Source of the DNA: an uncultured candidate division Zixibacteria bacterium | GTDB taxonomy: Bacteria; Zixibacteria; MSB-5A5; UBA10806; 4484-95 | Reading direction: 5' to 3' | Length of the DNA: 64,000 nucleotides | Assembly: GCA_963668625.2 (NCBI GenBank) | Contig: CAXXKA010000008.1 | Location: forward strand, 1,334,154-1,398,153 | Shown: positions 1-9,075 of the stretch, in pieces | Layout of the letters: each line of letters opens with the position of its first letter | How positions within the stretch are numbered: the first letter of the stretch is position 1 | Made by a program: the position numbers and the translations under genes | Notes under the pieces: generated by a model | What the model was told of the DNA's origin: nothing | Databases searched by the model: none | Seen by the model: only the letters and a program-made list of their open reading frames with translations

Positions 1-2
1 TA

Positions 3-1304
3 GTAGCTCGCAATTTGATAAACGGCGAGATCGTATCATTCGCCGGTGATGCTATTCTGCTTTCGACCGGCGGCTATTCCACCGTATACTATCTTTCAAC
101 CAACGCGGTTAATTCCAACGCCACGGCTGTTTGGAGATGTCATAAGAAAGGCGCGTTGTTCGCCGATCCCTCGTTTACCCAGATTCACCCGACATGTATA
201 CCGCAGGAGGGCGAGCATCAATCGAAACTTACCCTGATGAGCGAGAGCTTGCGTAATGATGGCCGCGTTTGGGTACCTAAGAAGAAGGGTGATAAACGTC
301 GACCGACAGAGATACCCGAAAACGAGCGCGACTACTACCTCGAACGTCGCTACCCGGCGTTCGGTAACCTGGTACCGCGTGATATCGCCTCCCGCGGCGC
401 TAAGATGATGTGCGATGACGGCTATGGTGTCGGCTCGACCGGGTTCGCTGTCTATCTCGATTTCGAGGATGCTATCAAACGTTTGGGCAAGAATGTTATT
501 ACCGAGCGTTACGGCAATCTGTTCGATATGTACGAGAACTTAACCGGTGAAAATCCTTACGAGAGCCCCATGATGATTTACCCGGCGCCGCACTATACCA
601 TGGGCGGCCTGTGGGTAGACTACAACCTGATGAGCACCATCCCCGGCCTGCACGTGCTGGGCGAGGCCAACTTCTCCGACCACGGCGCGAACCGCTTGGG
701 AGCGAGCGCGCTTATGCAGGGCTTGGCCGACGGTTATTTCGTGATACCCAATACGCTGGGTGAATACCTGGCAGGTGTGAAACTCGAGAAGGTAGACACC
801 AACCATGAGGCGTTCAAAGCCGCTAAAGATGATATCCGGAAGATGACCGACAAACTGCTGTCGATTAACGGCGAAAAAACTGTCGGCGATATACATCGCG
901 AGCTTGGCGCTTTGATGCGCGATAAGGTCGGTATGTCTCGCGAGGCTCCGGGTCTGAAAGAGACTATCGAGAAGATACCGAAACTGAAAGAGGAGTTCTG
1001 GAATAATATCAGGGTAACCGGTAAGAACGAGGAACTGAACAAGAACCTCGAGATGGCCGGACGAGTGGCCGATTATCTGGAGCTGGCCGAGCTTATGGCT
1101 CGCGATGCCTTGAACCGCGAGGAGTCCTGCGGCGGTCATTTCCGCGAGGAGTACAAGACCGAGGAAGGCGAGGCTTTGCGTGATGACAAGAATTTCACCT
1201 ACGTAGCCGCCTGGGAGTACAAAGGCGAGGGCAAACCACACGAGCTTCACAAGGAAGAGCTGACTTTCGAGCGCGTGACACCATCACAGCGTTCTTATAA
1301 ATAG
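3..1304 (+). CDS. sdhA: Succinate dehydrogenase/fumarate reductase flavoprotein subunit (5' end outside window)
   Basis: Open frame from position 3 ([10 protein letters not shown]...). Motifs [37 protein letters not shown] and REESCGGH. Confidence 0.95.
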   Translation, partial: VARNLINGEIVSFAGDAILLSTGGYSTVYYLSTNAVNSNATAVWRCHKKGALFADPSFTQIHPTCIPQEGEHQSKLTLMSESLRNDGRVWVPKKKGDKRRPTEIPENERDYYLERRYPAFGNLVPRDIASRGAKMMCDDGYGVGSTGFAVYLDFEDAIKRLGKNVITERYGNLFDMYENLTGENPYESPMMIYPAPHYTMGGLWVDYNLMSTIPGLHVLGEANFSDHGANRLGASALMQGLADGYFVIPNTLGEYLAGVKLEKVDTNHEAFKAAKDDIRKMTDKLLSINGEKTVGDIHRELGALMRDKVGMSREAPGLKETIEKIPKLKEEFWNNIRVTGKNEELNKNLEMAGRVADYLELAELMARDALNREESCGGHFREEYKTEEGEALRDDKNFTYVAAWEYKGEGKPHELHKEELTFERVTPSQRSYK

Positions 1305-1315
1305 GAGAATCATTC

Positions 1316-2068
1316 ATGAGCGATAAATTAAGTCTCAAACTCAGGATCTGGCGTCAGGAGGGACCCGATAAGCCGGGCAAGCTGGTGGACTACGACGTGT
1401 CCGATGTCTCGCCCGATAGCTCGTTTTTGGAGATGCTCGACCTTCTGAACGAGAACCTCGTGCGCAAGGGCGAGCGTCCGATCGAGTTCGATAGCGATTG
1501 CCGAGAGGGTATATGCGGCACCTGCAGCCTGGTGATAAACGGCGTGGCTCACGGCCCAAAGCAGTCGATCTGTACCTGTCAGGTTCATATGCGCAATTAC
1601 AAGGATGGCGAGACTATTACGGTAGAGCCGTTCCGCGCTAAACCGTTCCCGATAATCCGCGACCTGGTGGTCGATAGAAGCGCGTTTGATAGAATCCAGC
1701 AGGCGGGTGGTTATGTATCGGTGCGCACCGGCTCGGCCGGCGAGGCTAACGAGACGCCGATTCCCAAACCCGATGCCGAGAAAGCTATGGATGCCGCCGC
1801 CTGTATCGGTTGCGGCGCCTGTGTTGCCGCCTGCCCGAATGCCTCGGCCTCCTTGTTCGTGTCGGCGAAGATCAGCCAGTACGCTTTCCTGCCGCAGGGC
1901 AGGGTAGAGGCCAAGGAGCGTGCCTTAGCTATGGTAGCGCAGATGGATGCCGAGGGATTCGGCGACTGCTCCAATCACGGCGAGTGTGAGGCGGTCTGTC
2001 CGAAGAACATCCCGATTACCATGATAGCCAAGATGCGCTGGGAGTACATGAAAGCGATGGTGAGCTGA
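1316..2068 (+). CDS. sdhB: Succinate dehydrogenase/fumarate reductase iron-sulfur subunit
   Basis: CREGICGTC [2Fe-2S] motif, plus [12 protein letters not shown] and [12 protein letters not shown] ferredoxin motifs. GGAG RBS; follows sdhA. Confidence 0.95.
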   Translation: MSDKLSLKLRIWRQEGPDKPGKLVDYDVSDVSPDSSFLEMLDLLNENLVRKGERPIEFDSDCREGICGTCSLVINGVAHGPKQSICTCQVHMRNYKDGETITVEPFRAKPFPIIRDLVVDRSAFDRIQQAGGYVSVRTGSAGEANETPIPKPDAEKAMDAAACIGCGACVAACPNASASLFVSAKISQYAFLPQGRVEAKERALAMVAQMDAEGFGDCSNHGECEAVCPKNIPITMIAKMRWEYMKAMVS

Positions 2069-2097
2069 GGGGAATTACATACTAATTTGATTTCTGT

Positions 2098-2127
2098 TGT
2101 AAGGGCGTATTGCATACGCCCTTTTTT
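2098..2127 (+). repeat. GTAG-type REP-like palindrome, probably doubling as the sdhAB terminator
   Basis: TGTAAGGGCGTAT-TGC-ATACGCCCTTTTTT: perfect stem followed by a T run. Related copies at 2991-3016 and 4901-4923. Confidence 0.65.
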
Positions 2128-2241
2128 CTATTTAAACGAAGCTGTATTAGATAATCTAATTAATAGAATTATAATGTTTTTCTTTTTCTAAATTGTAATA
2201 TATTAAGATATTGTTGAACTCATGAATGCTTATTAGTAACG

Positions 2242-2853
2242 GTGACTATAAGAAAGGAAGATAGCTTGGACACAATTATTTATGCCCCGTTCTTAAATTA
2301 CTTGAAGATAGCAGGAGAGTCTTATGAGAAAATAACTGAGAGTTTGAATAAAAATGATGGTCATTTTGTGGAGTCTCAGGAATTTCATAAGTCTATTGAT
2401 AGTTTTTCGACTATTGTTGTAGTATTTACTGTTATCTCTTTAGAATCATATATTTATAACTATGCTACGAGGAAACTTGGTAATTCATTTAGCAAAAAGC
2501 ATCTTGAAAGCTTAAATCTTTATAGTAAATGGGTAATAATACCAAATTTAGTTAATGGTAATAGTATTCCAAAAGATCATAAGGGTTTAGTGTTATTAAA
2601 AAAATTAATAAAAATAAGAAATGCTGTTATACACTTAAAAGCAAAAAATATTGAAATTGATCATTTTGACCAGCAAATTGGTATAATAAGAGAGTCAAAT
2701 TTAGATTTAAAGGAAACAGCATTAAATTCTTTTCATTGTGTTGGCCAACTTAGAAAAGCATTACATGAAATTGATAAAGATGAACATTTTGCTTTACTGT
2801 TAAGCAAATTTCTAGAATATCCGCTATATAAAATCTCTAAGATAAGAAATTAG
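2242..2853 (+). CDS. AT-rich hypothetical protein with a HEPN-like Rx4H motif (putative RNase)
   Basis: 203 aa, helical-looking. IRNAVIH at about residues 125-131, with an upstream helix SLESYI. Far more AT-rich than the flanking genes. Confidence 0.55.
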   Translation: MTIRKEDSLDTIIYAPFLNYLKIAGESYEKITESLNKNDGHFVESQEFHKSIDSFSTIVVVFTVISLESYIYNYATRKLGNSFSKKHLESLNLYSKWVIIPNLVNGNSIPKDHKGLVLLKKLIKIRNAVIHLKAKNIEIDHFDQQIGIIRESNLDLKETALNSFHCVGQLRKALHEIDKDEHFALLLSKFLEYPLYKISKIRN

Positions 2854-2990
2854 GCTGTGTTTTTGAAAATCTATCAAATTAGTTTTAAATAGTATTGTTT
2901 ACAGAGAACTACTTATCTGATAGTTGATTGAATTGGGCAAAAAAACATACTACAATAAGAAAAATTTGGTATAATTGCATTGAATAAAAA

Positions 2991-3016
2991 AGGGTGTATG
3001 TCGATACGCCACTACA
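2991..3016 (-). repeat. REP-like palindrome, inverted partner of the 2098 copy
   Basis: AGGGTGTATGTCGATACGCCACTACA. Its reverse complement starts TGTAG and aligns with TGTAAGGGCGTATTGCATACGCCCT with a few substitutions and one indel. Confidence 0.55.
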
Positions 3017-3045
3017 AGCGTAAGATTGATTTAGTTCTCACCATT

Positions 3046-3978
3046 CTATTTGTTCTTGGCATACTCAGCTATAAACCCACATATCTCCGCCATCGCTGCG
3101 GTTGCCTCCGGGAACATGGGGGCGCAGACAGGGTAGCAGTGGAACATGCCCTCGCCGATGCGCAGGGTAATATCCACACCAGCCGCGCGAGCTTTATCCG
3201 CGAAACGCACTGAGTCATCAAGAAGTACCTCGTGGCCGCCTACGTAAATCAGTATCGGGGGGAGGCCGGTCAGGTCGCCGTAGAGAGGGGAGATCGTCGG
3301 CAGCTCCGGATTGCTGTCGGCTACGTAATACTTCGCGAAAACATGCCATGATTCTGTCCAGGTTAAGGCATCCACCTCTTGCAACGATGTAAGAGTATCA
3401 CCGGTACATTTCAGATCTGTCCACGGCGAAAGCACCGCCGCCGCGGCAGGTATCGGCAGGTCGTTCTCACGAGCGGCCAGAAGTGTAGCCAGACAGAGGC
3501 CGCCACCGGCGGAATCGCCGACGAACACGATATTGGCTGGTTCGATGCCCTGATCGAGCAGATAGCGGTATGCTGTCAGCGCATCCTCCAACGCAGCCGG
3601 GTATGGATGCTCGGGGGCGAGGCGATAGTCGAACGACATGGCCGGGACATTGCTGCCCTTGACGAATTTGGCTATGTGCGTGCGATGTCCCTCCGCCGAG
3701 CCGAGAACATAGCCGCCGCCGTGGAAGTACAGTATCGCTTTATCTTTTGCTGCATTCGACGGCATCACCCACTCGGCGTACATATCACCGATGTGAAACG
3801 CGCTATGCTCGATTTCCTTCGGTAACTTGCCGAACAGTTTGCCAGCCTTCTTTGTTTTATCGCGAAGTTCCGGTATGGAAGTATCGAAAGTGATCTCCGG
3901 TTTTCGCTGCCATTGAAACTTGAACAGGTTTCTGTATCTGAGCAGGAATATGAACAGTTTGCTTTTAAGGCTTGTCAT
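3046..3978 (-). CDS. Alpha/beta hydrolase, HSL-family (family IV) esterase
   Basis: HGGG oxyanion motif, YRLAPEHPYPAA, GDSAGG nucleophile elbow, E-V-L-L-D-D and GMFH. Confidence 0.9.
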   Translation of the reverse strand: MTSLKSKLFIFLLRYRNLFKFQWQRKPEITFDTSIPELRDKTKKAGKLFGKLPKEIEHSAFHIGDMYAEWVMPSNAAKDKAILYFHGGGYVLGSAEGHRTHIAKFVKGSNVPAMSFDYRLAPEHPYPAALEDALTAYRYLLDQGIEPANIVFVGDSAGGGLCLATLLAARENDLPIPAAAAVLSPWTDLKCTGDTLTSLQEVDALTWTESWHVFAKYYVADSNPELPTISPLYGDLTGLPPILIYVGGHEVLLDDSVRFADKARAAGVDITLRIGEGMFHCYPVCAPMFPEATAAMAEICGFIAEYAKNK

Positions 3979-4019
3979 TTTATAATCTCCTGTAACACTA
4001 ATAACGTTTTGTTTTGCCT

Positions 4020-4628
4020 TTAACTAACCTCGAAAAATATACCCGATAATATCTTCGGATCGGGCATTTTGAATTTATTGCCTCGAGATGTCTTATGAAT
4101 GGCGAGCCCCTTTATGGCTGTCCAGAACACCAGCGCCATATCTTTGGCGTTGCCTTTCTTGATCGTACCGTCTTTTTGGCCCTTGCGAATTATCCGGGCA
4201 ATTATCTCGTAGGGGATATCGCTTTTCTCGGCCAGTATTACCCTGGCTTTGGCCGGCGGTGAGGTCATTAAATTGGCCTGAGCGATAAGCAAATGATACT
4301 GAGCCGAGCTTTCGTTTTCAGCCATATTTTTATAAATTCCGTTTATGGCCATTTCGATTTTCTCCCTAGGCGTAATCGTCATATTCTCCAGTATACGGCA
4401 AGCCTCGATCAGCCTATCGAACGCGAAATCTATCAACGCCACGAAAATCTCATTTTTGGATTCGTAATAATGATAAACCAATCCCTGCGATATCCCGGCC
4501 TCGGCCGATATATCGGTAATCTTCGTAGCCGCCAGGCCATCGGAGGAGAATAATTTCAATGCAGCGGACAATATCTGTTCCCGACGCTCATCTTTGGTTT
4601 TCTCGTTTATTTCTCTATTTCTGCCCAA
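4020..4628 (-). CDS. TetR/AcrR family transcriptional regulator
   Basis: N-terminal HTH (ILSAALKLFSSDGLAATKITDISAEAGISQGLVYHYYESK). TTG start. Confidence 0.9.
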   Translation of the reverse strand: MGRNREINEKTKDERREQILSAALKLFSSDGLAATKITDISAEAGISQGLVYHYYESKNEIFVALIDFAFDRLIEACRILENMTITPREKIEMAINGIYKNMAENESSAQYHLLIAQANLMTSPPAKARVILAEKSDIPYEIIARIIRKGQKDGTIKKGNAKDMALVFWTAIKGLAIHKTSRGNKFKMPDPKILSGIFFEVS

Positions 4629-4648
4629 AAGTAACCCTTCTTAATTGG

Positions 4649-4664
4649 TTGAATGTTCATTCAA
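4649..4664. promoter_or_regulatory. Probable TetR autoregulatory operator
   Basis: Perfect inverted repeat TTGAATG-TT-CATTCAA about 20 bp upstream of the TetR start. Confidence 0.55.
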
Positions 4665-4894
4665 TCATAATATATATGTCTATTTCGGAATTCCAAGGAG
4701 AAAGTTTCGTTTATTTTTAATATGATAGCATTGGTATACTCCGTTGGGCAGGCGGGCGATGCCTTATATATGTTCCACAGGACGGAAGCTTTGCGATATC
4801 CTGATGCATGTGGGAAATCTAAATAGAGCATATAAAATACATGCATTGCCAAGCAGTGTCCGGTAACGAGATGGATTCTGACATATGTGGAATA

Positions 4895-4923
4895 AAGAAA
4901 AAGGGCGTATTGAAATACGCCCT
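4895..4923 (-). terminator. REP-derived hairpin terminator downstream of threonine dehydrogenase
   Basis: AGGGCGTAT-TGAA-ATACGCCCT stem, followed by a T-rich tract on the minus strand. Third copy of the 2098 repeat. Confidence 0.55.
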
Positions 4924-4971
4924 GGCAAATCACGCTGGACAAGAATGCCCAGGCTCTTAAAAATACATATA

Positions 4972-5961
4972 TTATCTATACAAAGTACCGTTAGCCTTAC
5001 GCTCTTTAAGATGTTTTAACATGTCCTCGGTCATAGCCTCTAAGTCGTATTTGGGTTTCCAGCCCCATTCCTCGCGGGCGGCGGTGTCATCGATAGAATT
5101 CGGCCAGGAATCGGCTATCTCCTGACGGTAATCGGGCTCGTATTTGACTTTGAAATCGGGGATATGTTTCTTGATCGAATCAGCTAACTCGGTTACGTTG
5201 AAGCTCATGGCGGCGTGGTTGAAATCGGAGTGATGAATCAGTTTGTCGAAATCAGCCTCGGCCAATTGGATCGTGCCCTCGATGGCATCCGGCATGTACA
5301 TCATAGGCAGTTTGGTGTCCTCTTTCACGAAACATGTATATTCGCTTTTGTCCACGGCCTCATAATAGATCGCCACGGCATAGTCGGTGGTGCCGCCGCC
5401 GGGCAGGGTCTCGTAAGAGATGATACCGGGATATCGCAAGCCGCGAATATCCAGGCCGAAACGTTTGACATAATAATCGCACAAAAGCTCTCCGCAAACT
5501 TTGGTAACGCCATACATGGTGCCGGGTTTCAAGACTGTCTCCTGCGGTGTATTATCGAGCGGAACACCTTTGCCCCAAACAGCAATCGAACTCGGGATGA
5601 TGATTCTGGCCATTTCATATTTTAAGCCGAGTTCCAAAAGATTAATAGTGCCATTCATGTTGACATCCCAGCAGAGCTGCGGGTTTTTCTCGCCGACAGC
5701 CGAAAGGATGGCGGCCATGTGATAAACCGTATCGATATCGTGCTTTTTAACTATCTCCTCGACAGTTTCGATTTTATTAACATCCACGAAATAGAACGGA
5801 CCGGAATTTTTCAGTTCCTCGGAGGGCTGGGTTTTTCGTCCTGTGGCAACGACGTTCTCGGCACCATAACGCTTGCGAAGCTCCATGGTTAACTCGGAAC
5901 CGATCTGTCCGACTGCGCCGGTGACCAGTATCTTTTTCATCTCTTTTTTCATTACTTTCAC
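4972..5961 (-). CDS. L-threonine 3-dehydrogenase (SDR/NAD-dependent epimerase type); true start may be 5952 or 5940
   Basis: GAVGQIGSEL Rossmann motif, YGVTK (YxxxK), PGGGTTDYAV, LPMMYMPD and RQEIADSWP, all typical of SDR-type ThrDH. Confidence 0.85.
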   Translation of the reverse strand: MKVMKKEMKKILVTGAVGQIGSELTMELRKRYGAENVVATGRKTQPSEELKNSGPFYFVDVNKIETVEEIVKKHDIDTVYHMAAILSAVGEKNPQLCWDVNMNGTINLLELGLKYEMARIIIPSSIAVWGKGVPLDNTPQETVLKPGTMYGVTKVCGELLCDYYVKRFGLDIRGLRYPGIISYETLPGGGTTDYAVAIYYEAVDKSEYTCFVKEDTKLPMMYMPDAIEGTIQLAEADFDKLIHHSDFNHAAMSFNVTELADSIKKHIPDFKVKYEPDYRQEIADSWPNSIDDTAAREEWGWKPKYDLEAMTEDMLKHLKERKANGTLYR

Positions 5962-6085
5962 ATCCTATTTTTTGAGGCGGGCGTATGAAGGTCACAAATA
6001 CTGCCCACGATTTATCGGGAAACGTCTATTTTAAGTTGGGATAATTTAATAAATCATATCGAAATTTGCAAGGATTGCGAGCAGA

Positions 6086-6119
6086 CAAAACGCCGGAGCT
6101 AATAATTAACTCCGGCGTT
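6086..6119 (-). terminator. Rho-independent terminator after cheW
   Basis: AACGCCGGAG...CTCCGGCGTT stem with a TTTTG tail on the minus strand. Confidence 0.6.
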
Positions 6120-6143
6120 CGCTATCAGAAGAGAGAATACTCT

Positions 6144-6638
6144 TTAATGGGATAAATCCGGTAATTTGCTGGAACCAACTATCTTGCCCACATCAAGATA
6201 AACCAGCAGCCTCTCATCCAGTTTTACGATAGCTTTGATAAAATCAGAGTTGGCCGTGCCTCCGCCGTGGTTTGATATTAGATCAGGAGCATCCTCCAGC
6301 GATCCGGCAGGTACCCTGAGAACCTCTGCGACACTATCGACAACCAGTCCCACGGTCTCGTCGCCGGTTTCCACCACTACTATACGCGAGTGATTATCGT
6401 ACTCTTTCTCTTCCATGCCGAATTTAGTTCTGAGATCGATTATAGGGATGACTTTGCCACGAAGGTTTATGATACCTTTGACAAATCTGTCGGTTTGCGG
6501 CACCTGAGTGATTTCCACCATCCGGTTTATCTCCTGAACCTGCAATATGTTTACCCCGAATTCCTCGGCGCCGAGACTGAATGTTACCATTTGTTCGAGA
6601 CCGTCCGAGTCTTTCCTGATGATCTGATCATCCGACAT
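6144..6638 (-). CDS. cheW: Chemotaxis protein CheW
   Basis: VTFSLGAEEFGVNILQVQEI, GIINLRGKVIPIIDL and GLVVDSVAEV. Confidence 0.95.
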   Translation of the reverse strand: MSDDQIIRKDSDGLEQMVTFSLGAEEFGVNILQVQEINRMVEITQVPQTDRFVKGIINLRGKVIPIIDLRTKFGMEEKEYDNHSRIVVVETGDETVGLVVDSVAEVLRVPAGSLEDAPDLISNHGGGTANSDFIKAIVKLDERLLVYLDVGKIVGSSKLPDLSH

Positions 6639-6639
6639 A

Positions 6640-8670
6640 TCATGCCTCCACTTGCGAGTCGTTTCTATTGCGAAGTTTGAAACCGCTTACGAGCGAACGT
6701 AATTCGGCCGCCTGGCGATTTAACTGTTCGGCCGCCGCCGCCGCTTGTTCAGTACCGTTGGCGGACTCTTTGGTTATTCTATCGACATTTTCCACGCTTC
6801 TAGATATCTCCTCGGCCGCGGACGATTGTTCCTCGGCGGCTGACGATACTAATCGCATCATTTCCTGCACGTTTTCAACCGCCTGGAATATCTCCTGTAG
6901 CGATTGGCCGGTCTGCTCGACCAGGTTACGACCTTTATCGACTATACCTTTAGATTCGGTTATTTGGGTGTTGGCATTAGCGACATCCACCTGAATACCT
7001 TTAATAGTCTCGGCAACCTCTTTGGTAGCTTTGGTGGTACGCTCGGCCAGTTTACGCACCTCATCGGCAACGACCGCGAAACCCCTGCCCTGTTCACCGG
7101 CCCGGGCCGCCTCGATAGCGGCGTTCAATGCCAGAAGATTTGTCTGATCGGCGATATCATCGATGACCTTAATTATCTCGCCAATAGCGGTGGCTTTCTC
7201 GGCCAGTTGTTCTATATTCGCGGAGGTGACGGTTGAGGACTCTACGATTTCCTCCATGCCGGTCGAGGTATCGTTTGCCAGACGGCTGCCATCCTGTGAT
7301 TTTGAGGCCGCCTCCATTGCCTTTTCGGTAGCCTCGGTAGTGTTTTTAGTCGACTCTATTATACTGGCGGCCATCTCCTCGACAGCCGAGGAAACCTGAC
7401 TTGTCTGGCCGGTTTGTTCTTTCACCCCTGCTGAAAGTTGTTCGGCTGAGGCTGATATCTCGGTAGCGGCCGAGGCCAGCTGTTCGGTATTTTCAGCCAC
7501 CTGGTAAATGATGTCATGTAATTTATCTATAAAAGTGTTGAACCATTTGGCCAGGTAGCCTATCTCATCTTTGCTGGTGTTCGTGATTCTCTTGGTCAGA
7601 TCTCCCTCGCCCTGGGCGATATCTTTTAGCATCGCTGAAACCCGGTTAAGCGGTTTAACTATAGAACCGGCTAATAGCCAACCAATCAAGCTGCCTATAA
7701 GTACTATTACCAGAGCTACGATCAATACGGTAGTAGCGACCTGTTGGGCGCCGGAGGTAAACTCATCGATATAACTGCCGGAGGCTATAATCCAATCCCA
7801 CTCTTTGAAATATTTATAAGATACGATCTTAGGCGCCAACTTGCCGTCGCGTTCCCATTCATACGTTACCCAGGCTGTCTGGCCGTTTTGAATTTTGGGA
7901 AGATTGGCAAGCATCTCCTGGCAGAACGGATACTTAGCAAGGCTTTTACCCTCCGAGGTAGGGTGGACACGCAGGATGCCCTCGGAATCCATTGCATAAA
8001 TATAACCGGTTTTCCCGATTTTCACTGAAAGTAGAGCCTCTCTTAACTTTGCAAAATTCTTTTCCGGTACGCCAGTGAATAAAATACCGACAATTTCACC
8101 TTTCGGATTATTAATGGGTTCATAAGCTGTGTTATACCAATCGTTAACTACCCAGGCTCGGCCATAAAAAGGTTTACCCTGACGAACAACGGCATCGTAT
8201 ACCGATTGCGACACTGTTGTGCCAATGGCCCTGTCTCCGGCATCATTTAGTACATTGGTGGAGATCCTGATTGCCTGATTTCCCTGAACCTGAAAAATCG
8301 TACATGTTCCTCCAACAAGACTTTTTACTTTGTCGACAATCTCGTAATCGTTGTTGACAATGTAATCGGCGCCCAGGCCGGAAAGCACTAATTTACCGTC
8401 TTTAATGTATACTTTACCGCCGCCGTAATGATGAAGGATTTCCCTGGCTACATTCAGGGAATTTCTGACATTCTCCATAGATACCTGGTTATAAGTATCA
8501 CATAAATGAATAGCTTGATCGGCCGTGTGCTCCAGATCGGCCTTGCCTGTAAGTTCAAGATGATGTGAAGCCTGGCTGTAAGCTATAAAACCAATGAATC
8601 CTGCCATTACGACAATTAAACCGATAAAGGATAGAATGATTTTTGTTTTGATTCTCATGTTTAGTCTCAT
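6640..8670 (-). CDS. Methyl-accepting chemotaxis protein (Cache-type sensor, HAMP, MCP signalling domain)
   Basis: Two TM segments and a Cache_3/Cache_2-like periplasmic part ([24 protein letters not shown]). HAMP motif [11 protein letters not shown] and hairpin tip [45 protein letters not shown] favours ATG 8670. Confidence 0.95.
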   Translation of the reverse strand: MRLNMRIKTKIILSFIGLIVVMAGFIGFIAYSQASHHLELTGKADLEHTADQAIHLCDTYNQVSMENVRNSLNVAREILHHYGGGKVYIKDGKLVLSGLGADYIVNNDYEIVDKVKSLVGGTCTIFQVQGNQAIRISTNVLNDAGDRAIGTTVSQSVYDAVVRQGKPFYGRAWVVNDWYNTAYEPINNPKGEIVGILFTGVPEKNFAKLREALLSVKIGKTGYIYAMDSEGILRVHPTSEGKSLAKYPFCQEMLANLPKIQNGQTAWVTYEWERDGKLAPKIVSYKYFKEWDWIIASGSYIDEFTSGAQQVATTVLIVALVIVLIGSLIGWLLAGSIVKPLNRVSAMLKDIAQGEGDLTKRITNTSKDEIGYLAKWFNTFIDKLHDIIYQVAENTEQLASAATEISASAEQLSAGVKEQTGQTSQVSSAVEEMAASIIESTKNTTEATEKAMEAASKSQDGSRLANDTSTGMEEIVESSTVTSANIEQLAEKATAIGEIIKVIDDIADQTNLLALNAAIEAARAGEQGRGFAVVADEVRKLAERTTKATKEVAETIKGIQVDVANANTQITESKGIVDKGRNLVEQTGQSLQEIFQAVENVQEMMRLVSSAAEEQSSAAEEISRSVENVDRITKESANGTEQAAAAAEQLNRQAAELRSLVSGFKLRNRNDSQVEA

Positions 8671-8720
8671 TTCATTTTCCTCCAAAAACGCAATAAAACA
8701 TGGTTGATAATCTATAGGGG

Positions 8721-8747
8721 ATATCGCACGGAAAATTTCCTGCGTTA
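8721..8747 (-). promoter_or_regulatory. Sigma28 (FliA)-like promoter for MCP-cheW
   Basis: TAAC-N15-TGCGATAT on the minus strand (consensus TAAA-N15-GCCGATAA), upstream of chemotaxis genes. Confidence 0.45.
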
Positions 8748-9075
8748 TGTCGAATTAAATAATAGCATTTTAACCCCTGCACGTTAAATGTTATCTTTAG
8801 ATATTTGATGTAGGTTCATTGATGTGTATTCTATAAACTTTATCGTTCGCATCCGATGAGGTTATTAATCGATTAAATAATAATATCATTATATATTGAC
8901 ATGGTGTTTCATAGTTTAAAACGGATTTAGTGGGGCTATGAAGAATTGTTTTTATAGGTCTGAGATGATCCTTATTAACGCTTGATTAATTATACAATAT
9001 TGATAGATAATTGCTTAATAGAAACAATTGGATATTTCCTCAAGTTAAATCTCTTGAAGGAAAGGATGGATAATT

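Noticed and set aside
540-1250. 236-aa antisense ORF in sdhA, and similar shadow ORFs (e.g. 54804-55442, 55270-55977, 56561-57223, 57742-58539)
   Set aside because: They lie antisense to well-conserved genes, have no motifs, and are expected from codon bias.
4661-4942. 93-aa ORF upstream of TetR
   Set aside because: Spans a REP hairpin and the TetR promoter/operator, and its composition is not protein-like.
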